Source of the DNA: a bacterium
Lineage (GTDB): Bacteria; DRYD01
DNA: 64,000 nucleotides
Reading direction: 5' to 3'
Assembly: GCA_030549815.1 (NCBI GenBank)
Contig: JAUQQQ010000001.1
Location: 90,873 to 154,872, forward strand
In this document: positions 35,706 to 44,134 of the stretch, in pieces
Numbering within the stretch: position 1 is the stretch's first letter
Layout of the letters: each line of letters starts with the position of its first letter
Notes under the pieces: generated by a model
Database searches by the model: none
What the model was told of the DNA's origin: nothing
Seen by the model: the letters and a program-made list of their open reading frames with translations, nothing else
Translations under genes and position numbers: made by a program

Positions 35706-37445
35706 TCAAGATTTGGATTGTAATAAAGACTTATCTTGCTCTATAATTTTTCCGTCCTGGATAGTAAATACCCTATCAACTTCTTTTATCACATCTATTG
35801 TGTGAGAAATTATTATAACTGTTTTATCCTTAAAATAAGTAAATATAGATTTAACTATTTTTTCCGTATTGATTTTATCGAGAGCAGATGTAGGTTCATC
35901 AAGAATAACAATGGGAGAATCTTTTAGGAAAAGTCGAGCCAAAGCTATCCTTTGTCTTTGTCCTCCTGACAAACCTTTCCCATCTTCCATAACAACATAG
36001 TTATATCCCTCTTTTTTTGACATTATTTCGTCATGTATTTCAGCTTTCTTGCAAGCTTCAACAATTTCATCCATAGAAGCTCCCTGCTTAGAATATTCTA
36101 TATTTTTAAAAATACTATCATTAAAAAGATAGATTTCCTGTGTTAAAATAGAAATATTTTTTCTAAGAATATTTGGGTTTATTTTTTCTATATCAATATC
36201 ATCGATATATATTTTACCTTCAATAGGTTTATAGAATTTTACGAGCAAAGAAATAAGAGTGCTTTTACCTATGCCACTTTTACCAATAATAGCAACCTTT
36301 TGCCCAGGATAAATAGTAAAACTAACTTTATCCAGAATTTTATTTTCATCATATCCAAAACTAACAGAATCAAATGTTATCTTTCCCCTAAAAACTATGT
36401 CCTGATTGTATTCATAAAGTGAATTATCAAATTCATTAATATTCAAAGAAGATAATGTTTTCATAAACTCCTTTATATATCCAAAAATAACACGAGTATT
36501 AAAAAGAGAAGCAGAAAGGTTAGTAATAGGAGAAACAGAGATAGCAACATATCCCCAGTAAGCTATAACATCAAAAGGTTTTAAAACACCCTTTATAACA
36601 AGATACCCACTATACCATGTTATAACAATCAAAGACAAAGATGCAACGAATTCTGCAGCAGGTTTTTGCAACATTGAAATCCTGGCTAACCTCAATTGTA
36701 GATTTTTATACTCATCAATTAGTTTAAAAACTCTTTGTTTTTCAAACTCTTCTCGATTAAACACTTTTACCACTCTCATATACCTAAATACTTCATTCAT
36801 TCCAGTAATAAGATGAGAAATCTTTTGTTGAATTAATTCAGCTATATTTTCAACTTTTTTAAAAAAGTGTTTTAAAACAAAAGTTAAAGCGGGTAATGTA
36901 AAAATAGTCATAAAGCCAAGTGTTACATCTTTATAGAAAATCCAAGATAGAGAAAAAATAAGGGTTATAATACTATTAATATAACCAATTATCAATCCAG
37001 GTAAATCAGAAACAATAGCAGCAATATTAGAAATAACAACAGACACTAAATGTCCACTATGATTTCTTTCAAGAACATAAACAGGTTGTTTAAAAACGAT
37101 TTCTATAAATTCCTTTCTTTTTTCTGTCAATACCTCCTGAGAAGCTTTTGCCAATAAATAACCTTGAAAATACTGGGAAACACCTCTTATTAGAAACAAA
37201 AGAATACCTCCCAAAACAATTAAATTCAGAAGCCAAATACTTTTTTCAGAATTTATCAATTCAAATAATTTAGCCAGAATTAAAGGCTGAATAACAGTGG
37301 TAAAATTGAATAATAAAGTAAAGAATAAAATGAGCCAGATATACTTCCATGGTGGTTTTATTTTTTTTACAAAATTTTTTACATCTTCATCGAAACCAAG
37401 ATCTTGCAGAAATTTTTTCCAAAACGGATTAACCTTTTTTAGCAT
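35706..37445 (-). CDS. ABC exporter, fused permease/ATPase (MsbA-like)
   Basis: TM domain, GKSGIGKST, LSGGQRQRIALAR, ILDEPTSALD, ISH. Confidence 0.92.
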   Translation of the reverse strand: MLKKVNPFWKKFLQDLGFDEDVKNFVKKIKPPWKYIWLILFFTLLFNFTTVIQPLILAKLFELINSEKSIWLLNLIVLGGILLFLIRGVSQYFQGYLLAKASQEVLTEKRKEFIEIVFKQPVYVLERNHSGHLVSVVISNIAAIVSDLPGLIIGYINSIITLIFSLSWIFYKDVTLGFMTIFTLPALTFVLKHFFKKVENIAELIQQKISHLITGMNEVFRYMRVVKVFNREEFEKQRVFKLIDEYKNLQLRLARISMLQKPAAEFVASLSLIVITWYSGYLVIKGVLKPFDVIAYWGYVAISVSPITNLSASLFNTRVIFGYIKEFMKTLSSLNINEFDNSLYEYNQDIVFRGKITFDSVSFGYDENKILDKVSFTIYPGQKVAIIGKSGIGKSTLISLLVKFYKPIEGKIYIDDIDIEKINPNILRKNISILTQEIYLFNDSIFKNIEYSKQGASMDEIVEACKKAEIHDEIMSKKEGYNYVVMEDGKGLSGGQRQRIALARLFLKDSPIVILDEPTSALDKINTEKIVKSIFTYFKDKTVIIISHTIDVIKEVDRVFTIQDGKIIEQDKSLLQSKS

Positions 37446-37519
37446 TTTATTCTTGAGAGTTTCTCCTTATATAATTTTAAGATTTTATACTTTAACCTTT
37501 CAAAATTAATAAAAAAATA

Positions 37520-37541
37520 AAGGGGAGGTAATCCTCCCCTT
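37520..37541 (-). terminator. Rho-independent terminator of the HU gene
   Basis: AAGGGGAGG-taat-CCTCCCCTT followed by a T-tract on the minus strand. Confidence 0.8.
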
Positions 37542-37569
37542 CAGATTCATCGTAAATAAAAAGTAACCG

Positions 37570-37887
37570 TTATACAGATTCTTTCATTCTTTTACCAACT
37601 TTGAAAACAGGGACTTTTCTTGCTGGTATGTTTATTTCTTGTCCAGTTCTTGGGTTTCTTCCTTTTCTTGAAGATCTTTGTCTAACTTCCCAGCTTCCAT
37701 ATGGAACCAATTGAACTTTGTGTCCTTTTTTGAGGAATTCGACTACAGTTTCTAAGAAAGCTTTTAATAAGGTTTCTGTTTCTTTCTTAGTTACTTGCAT
37801 TCCCTTATTCTTTTCGACCCACTTAACCATTGCTTCTACTAATTCCTTCTTGCTGACGACTTTTGGAGCTGTCTTTCCTTTTGGCAT
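37570..37887 (-). CDS. hup: HU family DNA-binding protein
   Basis: KKELVEA, VQLVPYGSW, RKGRNPRTGQEINIPARKVPVFKVGK. Confidence 0.95.
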   Translation of the reverse strand: MPKGKTAPKVVSKKELVEAMVKWVEKNKGMQVTKKETETLLKAFLETVVEFLKKGHKVQLVPYGSWEVRQRSSRKGRNPRTGQEINIPARKVPVFKVGKRMKESV

Positions 37888-38246
37888 CTACCTTTCACCT
37901 CCTATATAGTAGTACTTTACTTACAATATAAGTATTAAATAAACTATCTTTTACTCCTTCTTTTAAAAATCTAAAAATTCAAAAAATTAAGAAAGAAATT
38001 TTAGAAAACTCCAGATTTCCTAAAATATACCTTCCATTAATTTAGTATTTTCAATATTTCGTGAAAACAAAATTTTATCAAAAAAATCAATGTAAAAAAA
38101 TATCATTAAAAATATTGCTCTTTATCAATAATTTTTCCTATATAAAAATTTTATTCCCCTTAATCAAAAATATTCTTTTTATGAAGGAATTTTACAATAA
38201 ATCCAAAAAACTACTATTGAATAGATAGTAAAAGGAGAAAACAAAA

Positions 38247-38702
38247 ATGTCAGAAAAAAGGACTTCTATAACAGAACATTTTTCTAACATACTTCATTAC
38301 CTTCAAAAAGTAGATGAAGAAATAAAAAACAATCAAAAAATAGAGGAAATAAGAGAAAAATACAAACTAAAAGAATTAGAAGAAGGAATTAGAACAGATA
38401 TAGAACAAATAGAAGAAATGCTACAAGAGACTTTAGAAAAAAAAGAAGATGATGAAAACAATGAAAATTTGAGTGAAGAAGTAAAAAATGTCATATTAGC
38501 AATGGATGAAGCTGCTATCGACATACATGAACATTTTCTTAACATAGCACAACTTTTTTTAGAATATATCAATAATTTTAATAGTGAAATCTTAGAATCG
38601 ATAAAAGAAAAAATTAATGAAGGAGTAATAAAATTAGAAGAAATGCAAGAAATAAACAAAAAGTTAGAAGAAATTATCAATTACAAAAAATATGAAGCAT
38701 AA
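38247..38702 (+). CDS. Hypothetical acidic helical protein
   Basis: AAGGAG RBS; overlaps the ruvC start. Confidence 0.7.
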   Translation: MSEKRTSITEHFSNILHYLQKVDEEIKNNQKIEEIREKYKLKELEEGIRTDIEQIEEMLQETLEKKEDDENNENLSEEVKNVILAMDEAAIDIHEHFLNIAQLFLEYINNFNSEILESIKEKINEGVIKLEEMQEINKKLEEIINYKKYEA

Positions 38703-39201
38703 AGAAGAAATAGTAATAGGTATAGATGCAGGAACAACAAGAGTAGGTTTTGCAATATTAAAAAAAACAAACAAGAAAAAGCTGGAACCTAAATTAATAG
38801 AATATGGATTGATGCCTATAAATTCAAATGAACAAAGTAAAAGAATAAAAGAAATTTATGAATATACAAAAAAACTAATAAAAAAATACAAACCACAAAC
38901 TGTAATCGTCGAAAGATTATATTACTATATGAATAAAAAAACTGCCTTTGAAGTAAGTCAAGCAATAGGAGTAATAAATTTGGCTTGCACTCAAAATAAA
39001 ATTCCATTATTCCTCATAAATCCCAGTCAAGTAAAAAAAATAATAACTAATAAAGGAAATGCTAACAAAAAGGAAATACAAGAAGAAATTTTGAATTTTT
39101 TTAATGGACAAATAAAAATGGAAAAGAAAACAATAATAGACGATATAACAGATGCAATCGCTATAGCTTTATCTTTCTTAAAAATAAACAAAAATGCTTA
39201 A
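38692..39201 (+). CDS. ruvC: Holliday junction resolvase RuvC
   Basis: IGIDAGTTRVG, VERL, QAIGV, VKK...GNANK, DDITDAIAIAL. Confidence 0.92.
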   Translation: MKHKEEIVIGIDAGTTRVGFAILKKTNKKKLEPKLIEYGLMPINSNEQSKRIKEIYEYTKKLIKKYKPQTVIVERLYYYMNKKTAFEVSQAIGVINLACTQNKIPLFLINPSQVKKIITNKGNANKKEIQEEILNFFNGQIKMEKKTIIDDITDAIAIALSFLKINKNA

Positions 39202-40537
39202 CTGTAATTTAAGAATCCCTACCCTATTCATCTTATTTATATTATCCTTATCATTTTGTAAAATAACTCCAATAAACCCATCTCAACCAAATATCTTACC
39301 ATCAATTACAAAAAAAATAGACAAAAAAGTAATTAAAGTAATCGTATTAGAAATATCCGGTCCTATAACACCTGCAACTACTTGGTATTTAAACAATAAA
39401 TTCGAAAAATGCAAAAATAAAGACATTGATTTTTACTTAATAACAATAGACAGTGAAGGTGGATTATTGTCATCAATGACAGAAATAATAAAACTTTTTT
39501 ATAACTCGAATCATCCTATAATAACCTATGTTTATCCAAAGGGAAGCAGAGCAGCCTCAGCGGCAATGTTTATCCTAATAGGAGGTCATGTAGCAGTAAT
39601 GTCAGAATCAACAAATACAGGAGCTTCCACACCATTGGTCCAAGATCCCACACTTCAAAATAAAGTTATTCAAGATCTATTAGCTTTTACAAGAAACTTA
39701 TGTCAAAGAAGAAATAAAAACTACGAAGCAATAAAAGAAACTATTACTAATTCAGTGAGCTATACAGAAAAAGAAGCATTGACCAAAAATATAATAGATT
39801 TTATAGCAAAGGACCCTAATGAAATATTTGAAAAAATAAAGAACAAACAAATAAACTTGGATACCCAAGTAGCAATAAAATTAGTTAATTTTGAAAGGAT
39901 AGAATACATCAAAGAGTCTACAAACATGATAGAGAAGTTCTTTCTTTTTATCTCTAATCCTTCCATTGCTTATTTTCTTTTAACTATTGGCTTTTGGGCA
40001 ATAATTATTGAATTGAACAATCCAGGGCTACTTGTTCCTCTAATTGTAGGTATAATCTGTTTAAGTTTGGGATTATTTGGTTTAGGAATTATATCAGCTA
40101 ACATACTTGGTATAATCCTGGTAATTTTCTCATTTATCGTAATGTTATTAGAGCTTAAATTTCAATCTCATGGAATTCTTTTTATAGTTGGTTTAATAAC
40201 TTTCCTTCTTGGTTCGGTCATGTTATTCAAAAAAACTGATATTTATTATCCTTTACCAATAGGAATAATAACAATAACCACATTGATGATTTTATTAATT
40301 TTTGGATATATAATTTACTCTGTGTTTTCAGTAAAAAAAGTTCAGATAAATTTTGTTTCTGATACTGGAAAAGTGGTTGATATAAAGGGTAATAGTTTAT
40401 TCATTAATGTTGATGGTGTATTATGGGAAGGAATTCCGATTAATCCCAATACAACTTTTGAAATTAATGAAGAAGTAAAAATAAAAAAAATAGAAGATTT
40501 AAGGTTAATAATTGATAAAATTGATAAAAAGGAATAA
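39194..40537 (+). CDS. nfeD: NfeD family membrane-bound ClpP-class protease
   Basis: ISGPIT, DSEGGL, RAASAA, NTGASTP, TM cluster, C-terminal VDGVLW OB domain. Confidence 0.88.
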   Translation: MLNCNLRIPTLFILFILSLSFCKITPINPSQPNILPSITKKIDKKVIKVIVLEISGPITPATTWYLNNKFEKCKNKDIDFYLITIDSEGGLLSSMTEIIKLFYNSNHPIITYVYPKGSRAASAAMFILIGGHVAVMSESTNTGASTPLVQDPTLQNKVIQDLLAFTRNLCQRRNKNYEAIKETITNSVSYTEKEALTKNIIDFIAKDPNEIFEKIKNKQINLDTQVAIKLVNFERIEYIKESTNMIEKFFLFISNPSIAYFLLTIGFWAIIIELNNPGLLVPLIVGIICLSLGLFGLGIISANILGIILVIFSFIVMLLELKFQSHGILFIVGLITFLLGSVMLFKKTDIYYPLPIGIITITTLMILLIFGYIIYSVFSVKKVQINFVSDTGKVVDIKGNSLFINVDGVLWEGIPINPNTTFEINEEVKIKKIEDLRLIIDKIDKKE

Positions 40538-40540
40538 AGA

Positions 40541-41854
40541 ATGAGATTTATAGGAAGGATAGAACATTTTGGAAGCCTTATATATGATACAGAAAGAAAA
40601 GAATACATACCGATAGATCAAGACGGAACTAACATAATTCTTAATGTATCTTCTAACGTTGACCTAGAAACACTTTATTACAAATATTTTTCACATAGAT
40701 TTAGTTATCTTAATTTTAAAAGTTTCTTACAACTAATACAGTCAATAGAAATGATAGATAAGGACTATAATTCTAACGTTGTTTTTTTAGAAAACTCTGA
40801 TTTGGAATTTTTTTTGAATAATAAATTCATTTCTGCTCCTTTAAAAGTTCATATTGCTCTTACATACGAATGTCATCTAAAATGTAGGCACTGTTTCTCT
40901 AATTCTGGTAAAAAAAGTGAAGAAGAAAAAAATTCAGAATTATCACCGGAAAAAATTATGGAATTTTTAGATGAAATAAAAGAAAATGGTGTATTTTACG
41001 TTTCATTTGGAGGAGGAGAACCATTCTTGAAAAAAGAATTCATAGAAATACTAAAAAAAGCAAATCAGAATAAAATGAATATTTCCATTTCCACATCACT
41101 AAGCAGTATAAACGCAAAGCAAATCATAGAAACAATGCAAAAAGAGAATATAAAAATTCAGGAATTCAAAATATCTGTGGAGGCAGTAAATTCAAAAGAA
41201 TACACCAATGTAAGAGGAAAAAATCTATTTGAAAATCTAAAGAACAATTTACAATTAATAATCAATTATAAAAAAGAAAATGATACTTTTATTAGATTTT
41301 CATTTGTTCTTAACAAACAAAACTATAGTTTTTTACCTAATTTTCTAAGTTTTGCAGAGCAATACAGTGCTGACGGATTAGTATTCTATCCAATTTACAA
41401 CGTAGGAAGAGCACAAGAACATCCTGAATCATTCCTTACAAACCAAGAATTAGAAAAAATTCAAAGGATGATTAATAACATGAAAGAAAGAACAAAAATA
41501 GAGATAGAATTTTTTAATATTCCCCTAAAATTCGGTAAAAACGGTTTGTATAACAATTTTGGATGTGGATGTGGTAAGACAACTATTTACTTAGATCCTT
41601 ACGGTAATATCCTACCTTCAGGAATGTTTATTAAATATGGTAGCAAATTTTCATTAGGTAATATAAAGGAAAAAAAATTCAAAGAAATATGGAAAGAAAA
41701 TGTAGAAAAAGAGCTCAACAAAATTGAAGCTGATCCTAAATGTAACAATTGTATGTATTTTGAAGAATGTAAAGGCGGATGTATGTTTAGATCTTTTGAT
41801 AAATATCAAAAATTATCTTATAAAGACCCCACTTGTACAATCAATCCCTTATAA
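40541..41854 (+). CDS. Radical SAM/SPASM protein with N-terminal RRE-like extension
   Basis: CHLKCRHC, GGGEP, CGCG...LDPYGNILP, CNNC..FEECKGGC...C. Confidence 0.88.
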   Translation: MRFIGRIEHFGSLIYDTERKEYIPIDQDGTNIILNVSSNVDLETLYYKYFSHRFSYLNFKSFLQLIQSIEMIDKDYNSNVVFLENSDLEFFLNNKFISAPLKVHIALTYECHLKCRHCFSNSGKKSEEEKNSELSPEKIMEFLDEIKENGVFYVSFGGGEPFLKKEFIEILKKANQNKMNISISTSLSSINAKQIIETMQKENIKIQEFKISVEAVNSKEYTNVRGKNLFENLKNNLQLIINYKKENDTFIRFSFVLNKQNYSFLPNFLSFAEQYSADGLVFYPIYNVGRAQEHPESFLTNQELEKIQRMINNMKERTKIEIEFFNIPLKFGKNGLYNNFGCGCGKTTIYLDPYGNILPSGMFIKYGSKFSLGNIKEKKFKEIWKENVEKELNKIEADPKCNNCMYFEECKGGCMFRSFDKYQKLSYKDPTCTINPL

Positions 41855-41857
41855 TCT

Positions 41858-42454
41858 ATGAAAGAAAATATTTATATTATTTTACAAGACATAAATTTTC
41901 TTATAGAAAAATTAGAAAATCAAGAAACTAATGAAGAATTACAAAATATAATTAAGGAAGCAAAAAGTATTATAAACCAAATAAATAAAGCGTTAGAAGA
42001 GAATAATGAAAAAGAAATCTACAAAAAACTCCTTGAATTAAAAGTTTTAGAATTTAAAATAATATTCCAAGAGGTAAAGGAAACAAATTTTTACAAATTC
42101 TGGGAAACTCTCATTAACAACATAAAAAAAAATATGGTAACCAGTGAAGAGCTTTATGAATTTTATAAGAACGAAATGAATAAACTCTTAATAAATGCTG
42201 AAATAATTTCTAACATATTAATCTTAGAAGATGAAGATATTGTATTTAGGACTATATTAGACATAATGTTTGGTGAAGCATTTAAAAGTTACTATCAAGT
42301 ACTTCAAAAATTACATGAATATATATTCAAAAATAATCCCTCGCTTTTAGATGAAATAAAGGAAGATTTGCCATTGGTAATCTTCTATTTTTTACAAATA
42401 CAAAAGCTAATCCCTGAAGAATATTCAGAAAACGTGGAAAGGTTATTAGAATAG
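41858..42454 (+). CDS. Hypothetical acidic helical protein
   Basis: 198-aa ORF packed between operon genes. Confidence 0.7.
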   Translation: MKENIYIILQDINFLIEKLENQETNEELQNIIKEAKSIINQINKALEENNEKEIYKKLLELKVLEFKIIFQEVKETNFYKFWETLINNIKKNMVTSEELYEFYKNEMNKLLINAEIISNILILEDEDIVFRTILDIMFGEAFKSYYQVLQKLHEYIFKNNPSLLDEIKEDLPLVIFYFLQIQKLIPEEYSENVERLLE

Positions 42455-42455
42455 T

Positions 42456-43298
42456 ATGAAAAAAGTAGTAGGATTCATTGGGTTATGTAAAAATGTTGGA
42501 AAAACAACCTTTCTTAATAAATACATAAAAGAAAAAGAAAAGTATTTAATAACGAGTATAGGATGGGATGGAGAAGCAATTGATCATATTTTTGGAATAA
42601 AAAAACCATCCATATTCGTAAAAGAAGGTTCATCTGTTTGTACTTATAGCAATCTAAAACCTACAAAATCAGAAAAAATATCAGAGTTACCTATAGAAAA
42701 TCAGTTTTTAGGTAAATTGGAGATATACCGAATGAAAGAAAACGATATAGTTCAGGTAGCAGGTCCTTCTTCAATTACACAACTTAAAACTTTTCTAAAA
42801 TTTGCCGAAAATTTAGAAATCAGCGAAATAATAATTGACGGAGCTGCCGATAGAAGAATAACCCTTTCAGTTTCAAACGAAATTTTTTATATATGTGGGC
42901 CAACATATTCACAAAATGAACAAAAATTAATTAGAACAATAATTGGAATCATCGAAATGTTTAATATACCTATTATGGAACATGGTCAACAATTTATAGA
43001 AATAAAATCAATCAACAAAACAAATATCAACACATTGGATGAAAACCAAAAATATTTAATTGAAGATTTTAGTAAAATAGTTATGGATTATGAATTAATA
43101 CCAAAAGTTTTAAAAAAATTCAAGATATTTGTAAAAAAGAAACCTGAAAAGTTAAACATTGTAATCAATTCGTTTAATGCAGACCTTATGAAACACACTT
43201 TAAATACATTAAAAATAAAAGAGGAAGTAGGCCAGTTAATTGGTAGCACTAATATCATAGAGATTATAGAGCTTAATGTTAACACCTCTACACTGTAA
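42456..43298 (+). CDS. P-loop protein, KamB-like (aminomutase reactivase subunit family)
   Basis: GLCKNVGKTT, TSIGWDGE..D, KPSIFV, AGPS, IIDGAADRR. Confidence 0.55.
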   Translation: MKKVVGFIGLCKNVGKTTFLNKYIKEKEKYLITSIGWDGEAIDHIFGIKKPSIFVKEGSSVCTYSNLKPTKSEKISELPIENQFLGKLEIYRMKENDIVQVAGPSSITQLKTFLKFAENLEISEIIIDGAADRRITLSVSNEIFYICGPTYSQNEQKLIRTIIGIIEMFNIPIMEHGQQFIEIKSINKTNINTLDENQKYLIEDFSKIVMDYELIPKVLKKFKIFVKKKPEKLNIVINSFNADLMKHTLNTLKIKEEVGQLIGSTNIIEIIELNVNTSTL

Positions 43299-43346
43299 TA
43301 CATGGATTTTTGTTCTTCACCGAAGCAAACATATTTTTTCTTCTTC

Positions 43347-43370
43347 AAAGGGAGGGCATGCCCACCCTTT
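43347..43370. terminator. Hairpin between convergent genes, possible terminator
   Basis: AAAGGGAGGG-catg-CCCACCCTTT (one mismatch). Confidence 0.55.
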
Positions 43371-43411
43371 CTTATTGCTCATTAAAGCAATTATATTACC
43401 CTGTAAGTAAA

Positions 43412-43951
43412 TTAAACCAAAGTACTTCCACCTCGGTAAAGGGGTGATGACCAACTACCTCCACCTCGGTATGCCAAAACTGTCATTTCAGAATAATCAC
43501 TATGGAAATATCCCCAACTATCACCAAAATTACTTACGAAGTTAGAAAAGCTCATTGAAAAATTTGAAGCAAAGTTCATGGTAGATTGATAAAATCCACT
43601 CATGTTAGAAACAAGGGAATTAAATGAGTTATTTAAGAAGTTTGCTCCAAAAGAAAAAGATGATATAGCGTTAAAACCAGCATTCGCAATATTATTAACA
43701 TTCAAATTATTAACTATATTGTTGAAATTAAAAGAATTAAAAGATGCTTGCATTATGTTTGAAAAGCTGCTGTTAGAAATATGCATGCTATTAAAATTAA
43801 TGTTCTTAAAATTGAAATTATTGCTGCTAACAAACTTATCTTTTATTTTTTGCTTAAACGAGAAATGGACATTATTCTTGTTCATCTTAAAATGCGTCTT
43901 CATTGCACACATGTTATGTCCTAATCCTTTTATCTTGCACATATAAATCAC
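43412..43951 (-). CDS. Hypothetical Asn/Ser/Phe-rich low-complexity protein
   Basis: Strong GGAGGTGA RBS, its own intergenic region upstream and a hairpin downstream. Confidence 0.7.
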   Translation of the reverse strand: MIYMCKIKGLGHNMCAMKTHFKMNKNNVHFSFKQKIKDKFVSSNNFNFKNINFNSMHISNSSFSNIMQASFNSFNFNNIVNNLNVNNIANAGFNAISSFSFGANFLNNSFNSLVSNMSGFYQSTMNFASNFSMSFSNFVSNFGDSWGYFHSDYSEMTVLAYRGGGSWSSPLYRGGSTLV

Positions 43952-44006
43952 CTCCTATTAATAATATAAAAAAATAGTTTAGAAAAGGTATAAAACTTCG
44001 AATTGT

Positions 44007-44069
44007 TTTACAAAATTTTTACATGCTTTCCTGAGCTTTTTTTACATTATTTTTAACATTTTTTTTACA
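44007..44069 (-). promoter_or_regulatory. Array of five TTWACA (TGTWAA) boxes upstream of the N/S/F-rich gene
   Basis: TTTACA at 44007, 44018, 44041 and 44064; TTAACA at 44053; spacings 11, 23, 12, 11. Confidence 0.45.
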
Positions 44070-44134
44070 TTTTATTTTTATCTTTTCTAACTTTTTTAGC
44101 ATTTACGTTATTTTGTCAAAAAATTAACAAGAAA

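Noticed and set aside
38692..39201. RuvC-fold gene as a Cas12/TnpB-like nuclease
   Set aside because: At 169 aa with standard resolvase motifs, it is ordinary RuvC.
39194..40537. nfeD without its usual SPFH/stomatin partner
   Set aside because: Gene order is scrambled throughout this window, so the absence is uninformative.
43602..43946. Leu/Lys-rich +strand ORF and the many other short antisense ORFs in the track
   Set aside because: These are shadows of real genes on the opposite strand, with no RBS or motifs.
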